Below, one piece after another: positions 58,150-64,000 of a stretch of DNA of 64,000 nt. Where the stretch lies: positions 96,744 to 160,743 of the forward strand of contig SCSM01000039.1 of the NCBI GenBank assembly GCA_004322215.1. The letters are read 5' to 3'. Positions within the stretch are counted from its first letter, which is position 1; each line of letters starts with the position of its first letter. The notes below the pieces were generated by a model that saw only the letters and a list, made by a program, of their open reading frames with translations, searched no databases and had not been told where the DNA came from. Made by a program: the position numbers and the translations under genes. The stretch comes from Bacteroidota bacterium. GTDB lineage: Bacteria; Bacteroidota; Ignavibacteria; Kapaibacteriales; UBA2268.

Positions 58150-58770
58150 ATGCTCAATATTGCAAAACTTATAAATCTCGATAAGCCACTTATTCTTGCT
58201 TCACAGTCGCCGAGAAGACAAAAACTATTAAAAGAGCTTGGATTTGAATTTGAAATCATGCCTGCGTACATAAATGAAGATGATTACTCCGATGGAATTG
58301 ACCCAGTAAAGCATGTCAAAGATTTATCATTGAAAAAAGCTGAATTTATTGCAAAAAATATCGGCAAACCTGCAATAGTTCTCGGTTCAGATACAATTGT
58401 TGTACTGAAAGATAAAATCCTTAATAAACCAATTGATAAACAGGATGCTGTCAGAATGTTGAATTCATTGAGTGGCAGTACACATATAGTATATACCGGA
58501 CTTGCTTTAGTCAATTCCGATACGATGATGAATAAAATTGCTGTTCAAAAAACAGAAGTAACATTCAGAGAACTTGCACAAGATGAAATTGATGCTTATG
58601 TTGAAACGGGGTCACCGCTCGATAAAGCAGGTGCTTATGGAATACAGGATGACTTCGGAGCTGTGTTTGTAAATCACATTAACGGCTGTTATTATAATAT
58701 TGTAGGATTGCCTTTGGAGTTACTATATTCTACATTAAAAGATTTTCTTTGTGAATCAAGGAATGATTAA
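58150..58770 (+). CDS. maf: Maf-like nucleoside-triphosphate pyrophosphatase (septum formation protein Maf)
   Basis: Maf N-terminus (LILASQSPRRQKLLKELGFEFEI) and Maf fold. 206 aa. Confidence 0.8.
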   Translation: MLNIAKLINLDKPLILASQSPRRQKLLKELGFEFEIMPAYINEDDYSDGIDPVKHVKDLSLKKAEFIAKNIGKPAIVLGSDTIVVLKDKILNKPIDKQDAVRMLNSLSGSTHIVYTGLALVNSDTMMNKIAVQKTEVTFRELAQDEIDAYVETGSPLDKAGAYGIQDDFGAVFVNHINGCYYNIVGLPLELLYSTLKDFLCESRND

Positions 58771-59395
58771 CGGAATGGAAATAAAGCTGATATTGGTAAT
58801 TATACTTTCCTATCTCATCGGCTCAATCCCCTGGGCATATATAATTGTGAAGTTGTTTTACAGCGAAGACCTTCGTCAAAAAGGAACGGGTAACATCGGT
58901 GCTATGAACAGCTATGATATAACCGGGAAAAAATGGATTGGCGTAGCTGTTTTCATACTCGATTGCATCAAAGGAATTGTATCTGTGTTACTTGCAAGAA
59001 TAATTTCAAATGATAATATAATTCCTGTTGCAGCTTCAGGATTTTTTGTCATACTCGGACATAACTTCAGTGTGTTTATGAAATTCAAAGGTGGCCGTGG
59101 TTTATCTTCTGCGGTTGGAGTTTCATTGATGATTAATCCTTTACTTTTTATTATATGGGCATTAGTATGGGTTGTTGAATATAAATTAATCAAAAAAGAC
59201 ATTCATATAGCCAATATTTCCGCTACTATTCTATTGCCTGCCTTTCTACTTATTATACCGGGTAATATTTTGGTGATGTTAACTATTATTCCACATTTCA
59301 ACAGGGATATGTTAATTTCATTAAGTATTTCCATCTGTCTTTTGATATTAATAAGGCATTTTAAACCAATATATGATTTAATCAAAAAAACTTAA
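58751..59395 (+). CDS. plsY: Glycerol-3-phosphate acyltransferase PlsY
   Basis: PlsY motifs (GSIPWAY..., GTGNIGAMNS, GGRG). Multi-TM. Overlaps maf by 20 nt. Confidence 0.8.
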   Translation: MNQGMINGMEIKLILVIILSYLIGSIPWAYIIVKLFYSEDLRQKGTGNIGAMNSYDITGKKWIGVAVFILDCIKGIVSVLLARIISNDNIIPVAASGFFVILGHNFSVFMKFKGGRGLSSAVGVSLMINPLLFIIWALVWVVEYKLIKKDIHIANISATILLPAFLLIIPGNILVMLTIIPHFNRDMLISLSISICLLILIRHFKPIYDLIKKT

Positions 59396-59453
59396 TGAAG
59401 CAATAATAATCGCTCAATTAATTTAAAATTACCTATTTCATATTTTAGCATAT

Positions 59454-61874
59454 ATGATTGAAACAAAAAGTTCGATAATGCAAATATGTTATCATTGTGG
59501 TGACGAATGTTCAGATAACACAATAACAAAAGATGAAAAATTCTTTTGCTGCCAGGGTTGTCTTTTCGTTTATGATATACTGAAGGAAAACAAGCTTGAT
59601 AATTTCTATGAATTGTCAGAAGGTAAGGGTTTACAACCGGTTTCATATCAAAAAAATGAATTTGAATTTCTCGATAATGATGAGGTGAAAGAGAAATTTC
59701 TTACCTACTCAATAAATGGCAAATCAAAAGTAGTATTTAATGTACCTCAGATTTATTGCAGTGCGTGTTTATGGCTTTTGGAACACATTTCATTACTTGC
59801 TCATGGAATAATCGAATCACGTGTTAATTTTCTGACCAAAGACATAACGATTTTGTTTAATGAAGAAATTACATCATTAAGAAAAATCGTCGAATTGCTT
59901 ACTACATTGGGCTACAAGCCAAATCTCAATCTTGCTTCGCTTGGAATGAAATTAAAAGGCAATCCGAATAAACCGCTTTATGTTAAGGTCGGACTTGCAG
60001 GATTTGCCTTTGGTAATATTATGCTTTTTTCTCTGCCGGAATATCTCTCGATTGGAGCATTAGACCCAACTCTTAAGCGATTCCTCGCATACCTTGTTTT
60101 AGCATTATCCTTTATATCAATTTATGCCTCGAGGGATTATTTTACTTCGGCATGGAGAAGCATAAAATTGAAACATATTAATCTTGATGTTCCATTAGGG
60201 CTTGGAATAGCTGCCATCTACATAAGAAGCGTATATGAAATATTATCGGGGACAGGTCCGGGTTATTTCGATTCTATGGCTGGTTTGGTTTTCTTTCTTT
60301 TATGTGGCAAAGTTTTTCAAATTAAAACATATCATTCAATTTCATTCGACAGGGATTATAAATCCTATTTCCCTTTATCTGTTATCAAAAAAACAGAAAA
60401 GGAAGAATTTATTCCGGTCAGTTCAATAAAAACAGGAGATTTACTTTTAATCAGGAACAATGAAATCGTTCCGGTTGATTCAGTTCTTATTTCAAGTGAT
60501 GGGACATTGGATTACAGCTTCATAACAGGCGAATCAAATCCTGTATCTTTACAAAAAGGGAATAAAATTTATTCTGGAGCAAGAAATAATGGTAAAGCAA
60601 TTGAAATAATTTCAACAAAGGAATTTAATAAAAGCTACCTAACAGAATTATGGGATAATCACATTAAAACAGTAGATAAAACAAACTACACTTCAAAGAT
60701 TTCCGATGCCGCTGCAAAATATTTTTCAATTATAGTGTTAATTATAGCATTTGGAACATTTCTGTGGTGGCTGCCTTATAGCTATGATAAAGCTATGAGT
60801 GCATTTATTTCTGTACTTGTCGTGGCTTGCCCCTGTGCTTTGGCTTTATCGGTTCCTTTTACTTACGGGACTACACTCAGGTTTTTCGGAAGAAATAATT
60901 TTTATTTGAAAAACGATAAAATAATCGAGAAGCTTTCAAATATCGATTCCATAGTATTCGATAAAACGGGGACATTAACAGATGTATCAAAGAGCCGTGT
61001 AAAATATTATGGAAGGGAATTATCAATAAGGGAAAAGTCTGCAATTAAATCTATAGTAATGAATTCTTCGCACCCGTTAAGTATTATGATTAGTCGTTTT
61101 TTCGATAATATTGAAACGTCAGAACCTGAACAATTTAATGAAATAGCCGGTAAAGGGATTGAAGCAAGAATTTTTGGTATAGATACAAAGATAGGAAGCC
61201 GGGTTTGGCTTTCTAAATTCATCTTTGAAAATAATTCAAATTGTAATTTAATAAATGAAATACCTGAATCAAGTATTTTGGTTATTATTAATGATTCATT
61301 CACCGGGTATTTCTCGTTAGTTTCAGAATATCGTGACAACCTACAGGACATGATGAGTGAATTATGTAAAAAATTCAGAATATCGATAATATCGGGCGAT
61401 AATGAAAACGAGAAAATGATTATTGAGAAAATTATTCCTGATGCAAAGGAAATTAAATTTCATCAATTTCCTGATGATAAGATAAAATATATAGAAGAAA
61501 AGAAAAAAAGTAATGAGAATGTAATGATGGTCGGCGACGGGCTAAATGATGCAGGTGCACTTCTTGTTAGCGATGTCGGAGTTGCTGTTACAGATGACAG
61601 CTCAGGATTTGCTCCGGGTTCTGATGGAATTCTATTTGCAAAACAAATTAATCTGATACCTAAGTTTATGAAATTTGCGAAATCGGGCGTGCGAACAGTT
61701 TATTACAGTTTTGCTCTTTCCATCTTTTATCACAGCATTACATTCGCAATTGCAGCAAGCGGAAATATGAGCCCTGTTATTGCAGCTATCCTGATGCCAA
61801 TCAGTTCAATCAGTGTAGTGATTTTCACTGTCGGTAAAATCAGTTTTCATGCATGGAATCTTTTTAAAAAATAA
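59454..61874 (+). CDS. Heavy-metal (copper) translocating P1B-type ATPase, CcoI/FixI-like
   Basis: N-terminal Cys-rich metal-binding region (CYHCGDEC...FCCQGCLFVYDIL). CPC transport motif (VACPCALALS). DKTGTLT phosphorylation site. GDGLNDAGAL hinge. Confidence 0.8.
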   Translation: MIETKSSIMQICYHCGDECSDNTITKDEKFFCCQGCLFVYDILKENKLDNFYELSEGKGLQPVSYQKNEFEFLDNDEVKEKFLTYSINGKSKVVFNVPQIYCSACLWLLEHISLLAHGIIESRVNFLTKDITILFNEEITSLRKIVELLTTLGYKPNLNLASLGMKLKGNPNKPLYVKVGLAGFAFGNIMLFSLPEYLSIGALDPTLKRFLAYLVLALSFISIYASRDYFTSAWRSIKLKHINLDVPLGLGIAAIYIRSVYEILSGTGPGYFDSMAGLVFFLLCGKVFQIKTYHSISFDRDYKSYFPLSVIKKTEKEEFIPVSSIKTGDLLLIRNNEIVPVDSVLISSDGTLDYSFITGESNPVSLQKGNKIYSGARNNGKAIEIISTKEFNKSYLTELWDNHIKTVDKTNYTSKISDAAAKYFSIIVLIIAFGTFLWWLPYSYDKAMSAFISVLVVACPCALALSVPFTYGTTLRFFGRNNFYLKNDKIIEKLSNIDSIVFDKTGTLTDVSKSRVKYYGRELSIREKSAIKSIVMNSSHPLSIMISRFFDNIETSEPEQFNEIAGKGIEARIFGIDTKIGSRVWLSKFIFENNSNCNLINEIPESSILVIINDSFTGYFSLVSEYRDNLQDMMSELCKKFRISIISGDNENEKMIIEKIIPDAKEIKFHQFPDDKIKYIEEKKKSNENVMMVGDGLNDAGALLVSDVGVAVTDDSSGFAPGSDGILFAKQINLIPKFMKFAKSGVRTVYYSFALSIFYHSITFAIAASGNMSPVIAAILMPISSISVVIFTVGKISFHAWNLFKK

Positions 61875-61989
61875 TAATATTAAATACTTTCAATGAAATT
61901 AGCACATGTTTTATCGAAAGGTTTCAAATTATTCTCTTATCTTTCTTTATTTTTGAAAATCACTTTAATGAATTTTATCAATATAGTTT

Positions 61990-62439
61990 ATGAAAATAAA
62001 AATAACGAGATTATATAATGGATTCGAGGATTTACCTCTTCCAAAATATGCAACCGATGGTTCTGCCGGTATGGATATATTTGCGGCAATAGAAGAGCCG
62101 GTTGAAATAGGTCCCGGTGCTGTGGTACTTGTACCCACTTCACTGGCAATCTCACTTGAACATGGATTTGAATGTCAGGTACGTTCAAGAAGCGGTTTGG
62201 CAATAAAAAATGGTGTGTTCGCACTCAATTCACCCGGTACGATTGACAGCGATTACCGGGGTGAAATAAAAATCATTCTTGCAAATTTCAGCAAAGAACC
62301 ATTTATTATTCATCGGGGAGACAGGATTGCCCAACTCATTGTTGCAAGATACGAAAAGATAGATTGGGAACTTGTTAATGAGCTTCCAAATAGCGAAAGG
62401 GGTGAAGGAGGATTTGGCAGTACAGGGATTAAGAATTAA
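61990..62439 (+). CDS. dut: dUTP diphosphatase
   Basis: dUTPase motifs (GSAGMDI, RSGLA, G.IDSDYRGE, RIAQL). 149 aa. Confidence 0.85.
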   Translation: MKIKITRLYNGFEDLPLPKYATDGSAGMDIFAAIEEPVEIGPGAVVLVPTSLAISLEHGFECQVRSRSGLAIKNGVFALNSPGTIDSDYRGEIKIILANFSKEPFIIHRGDRIAQLIVARYEKIDWELVNELPNSERGEGGFGSTGIKN

Positions 62440-62509
62440 CAATTAATAATTTAATTATTTGTTAATGATTTAAATAATTATATAATAAAGTTTTAAAAAA
62501 CTTTTATTA

Positions 62510-63442
62510 ATGACAAAAGACAAAATAAATATTATCTTCATGGGGACACCCGAATTTGCTGTACCTGCACTTGAGAGACTACATAAAGAATTTTGTGTAA
62601 AATGTGCCGTTACCGTTCCTGATAAACCCCGCGGAAGAGGGCAGGTGCTTGTTCCTTCTGCTGTGAAACAAAAATCTGTTGAATTATCAATACCTGTTCT
62701 TCAGCCCGAATCATTGAAAGATGACAATTTTATTAAAGCGATTTCTGAATTTCAACCGGATATAATAGTTATAATTGCATTCAGGATACTACCTGCTGTA
62801 GTATTCAACTTAGCAAAACTTGGAACTTTCAACATACACGCAAGTCTTCTTCCTAAATACCGGGGAGCTGCACCAATTAACTGGGCAATAATTAATGGGG
62901 AAAATCAAACAGGATTGACATCATTTCTTCTGGATGAAAAAGTTGATACGGGGAAAATTCTTCTTCAAAATTCAATTGACATACCCGATAATGCTACAGC
63001 AGGTGATTTACATGATTTGATGATGCCTTTAGCTGCTGAACTAGCTGTTGAGACATGCAATCTAATAATTGAAGGCAACTATACTCCTCTAATTCAGGAT
63101 AATTCTCTTGCTACACCTGCACCAAAGCTTTTTAGAGAAAATTGTAAAATTAATTTTGCACAGGATTCAGAAAATTTACGAAATTTTATTAATGGTGTTT
63201 CACCTGCACCTGGTGCATGGTTAGATTGGGAAGGGAAAAGATATAAAGTATTAAGAGCAGAATTTTCACCTGAAGGAGAGGGTGAACCCGGTAAATATTT
63301 CATTGAAAATAATAAATTGAATGTATACTGCGGAAATGGAATTATTACATTTCTCGAAATTCAGCCACAGGATAAAAAACCGATGAAGATTGAAGATTTT
63401 ATCCGTGGCTATAGAGGTAATTCAACAGGTTTAATCAGATAG
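62510..63442 (+). CDS. fmt: Methionyl-tRNA formyltransferase
   Basis: Formyltransferase N-domain (IIFMGTPEFAVPALERL; HASLLPKYRGAAPINWAI) and C-terminal Fmt domain. 310 aa. Confidence 0.85.
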   Translation: MTKDKINIIFMGTPEFAVPALERLHKEFCVKCAVTVPDKPRGRGQVLVPSAVKQKSVELSIPVLQPESLKDDNFIKAISEFQPDIIVIIAFRILPAVVFNLAKLGTFNIHASLLPKYRGAAPINWAIINGENQTGLTSFLLDEKVDTGKILLQNSIDIPDNATAGDLHDLMMPLAAELAVETCNLIIEGNYTPLIQDNSLATPAPKLFRENCKINFAQDSENLRNFINGVSPAPGAWLDWEGKRYKVLRAEFSPEGEGEPGKYFIENNKLNVYCGNGIITFLEIQPQDKKPMKIEDFIRGYRGNSTGLIR

Positions 63443-63505
63443 ACATTTTACCTATTAATTAAGCATTTCTTTTTATATATTTGTAAAAAAAAAGAATAAT
63501 TTATT

Positions 63506-63706
63506 ATGATAATAAATCCTGAAAAATGGAAGCAATTTGAGGATGATTACAATGCAAATCATAAGATTGATTTCAGTAAGAATTTAGAGATTTTCGAAAA
63601 AATGCTCGAAATGGCAAGAGAGTTAAAAGTATTTCCCCGAAAAGACCCACTTGAAGGTCTTGAACATAAAATCCGACTCGCTAAAATACTGAACAGCCAT
63701 GGTTGA
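63506..63706 (+). CDS. Hypothetical small protein (66 aa) overlapping the downstream nucleotidyltransferase-like gene
   Basis: ATGGTTGA start/stop overlap with the next ORF. Confidence 0.3.
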   Translation: MIINPEKWKQFEDDYNANHKIDFSKNLEIFEKMLEMARELKVFPRKDPLEGLEHKIRLAKILNSHG

Positions 63707-64000
63707 ATTAATTAAGAAACTGGCTCAAGCTCTTGATAAGAGAAACTTACCATATATGGTTATTGGCGGACAAGCTGCTATGCTTTATCGTTCTCCCAGA
63801 TTTACCAATGATATTGACATTTCTATTGGTATTAATCCTGACAGATTAAATGAACTTTTAAAAGTTATTGATGAAATCAAACTGAAAATCCTTACTGATA
63901 ACCCTATTAAATTTGTTATGGAGAAGATGATTTTACCAACCATTGATGAATCAGGATTCAGAGTAGATTTAATACTTTCTCAAACACAATATGAAAAAGA
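63698..64000 (+). CDS. Partial (3' end outside window) AbiEii/DUF1814-like nucleotidyltransferase
   Basis: MVIGGQAAMLYRSPRFTNDIDISIG resembles the GG.A...Y..R.S.DIDl motif of AbiEii-type nucleotidyltransferases. The ORF runs to the window end. Confidence 0.3.

Noticed and set aside
1-64000. Scan for tRNA, rRNA, CRISPR arrays, transposases or integrases
   Set aside because: No GGTTCGAATCC-type T-arm motifs, no rRNA-like conserved stretches, no spaced direct repeats and no transposase or integrase-like ORFs were seen.

Overview
This 64-kb window is AT-rich bacterial chromosome. Several proteins carry type-IX-secretion (T9SS) C-terminal sorting domains and there is a complete Firmicute/spirochaete-order flagellar operon; that combination suggests a flagellated FCB-group lineage such as Ignavibacteriota, though this is only an inference. 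In coordinate order the window holds: (1) a partial T9SS beta-propeller cargo gene; (2) a qmoA/qmoB-like pair of HdrA-family flavoproteins, the second with a C-terminal MvhD domain; (3) an MNT/HepT toxin-antitoxin pair in which both genes carry an in-frame TAA; (4) a minus-strand flagellar operon at 5.4-18.1 kb, in the order flgB-flgC-(small ORF)-fliE-fliF-fliG-fliH-fliI-fliJ-ylxF-like-fliK-flgD-(small ORF)-flgE; (5) a radical-SAM / flavoprotein-reductase pair, an outer-membrane beta-barrel, mscL, a cupin, an unlisted rpmG (L33, 59 aa), and a WD40-like T9SS cargo; (6) the most distinctive locus, a 15.7-kb minus-strand cluster (25.3-41.1 kb) of five tandem paralogous secreted proteins, each a signal peptide + ~470-aa beta-propeller with arylsulfotransferase (ASST)-like motifs + one to three Fn3-like repeats + T9SS C-terminal domain, interrupted by a tight operon for a FabH-like KAS III condensing enzyme, a PAPS-dependent sulfotransferase and APS kinase (cysC); (7) two M16 peptidases, a TlpA-like thioredoxin that may be frameshifted from an upstream ORF, an MscS-family channel, a GH20b-like T9SS cargo, a CoA-disulfide-reductase/rhodanese fusion, hemA, a HEN-motif protein, glnS; (8) a small islet of hypothetical genes, one with a PD-(D/E)xK-like nuclease motif; (9) maf, plsY, a CcoI/CopA-type P-type ATPase, dut, fmt and a partial AbiEii-like nucleotidyltransferase at the window edge. 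I found no rRNA, tRNA, CRISPR array or transposase. The headline hypothesis is that the ASST-like array and its embedded PAPS-generating operon form a two-step (donor-relay) extracellular or cell-surface sulfation system.
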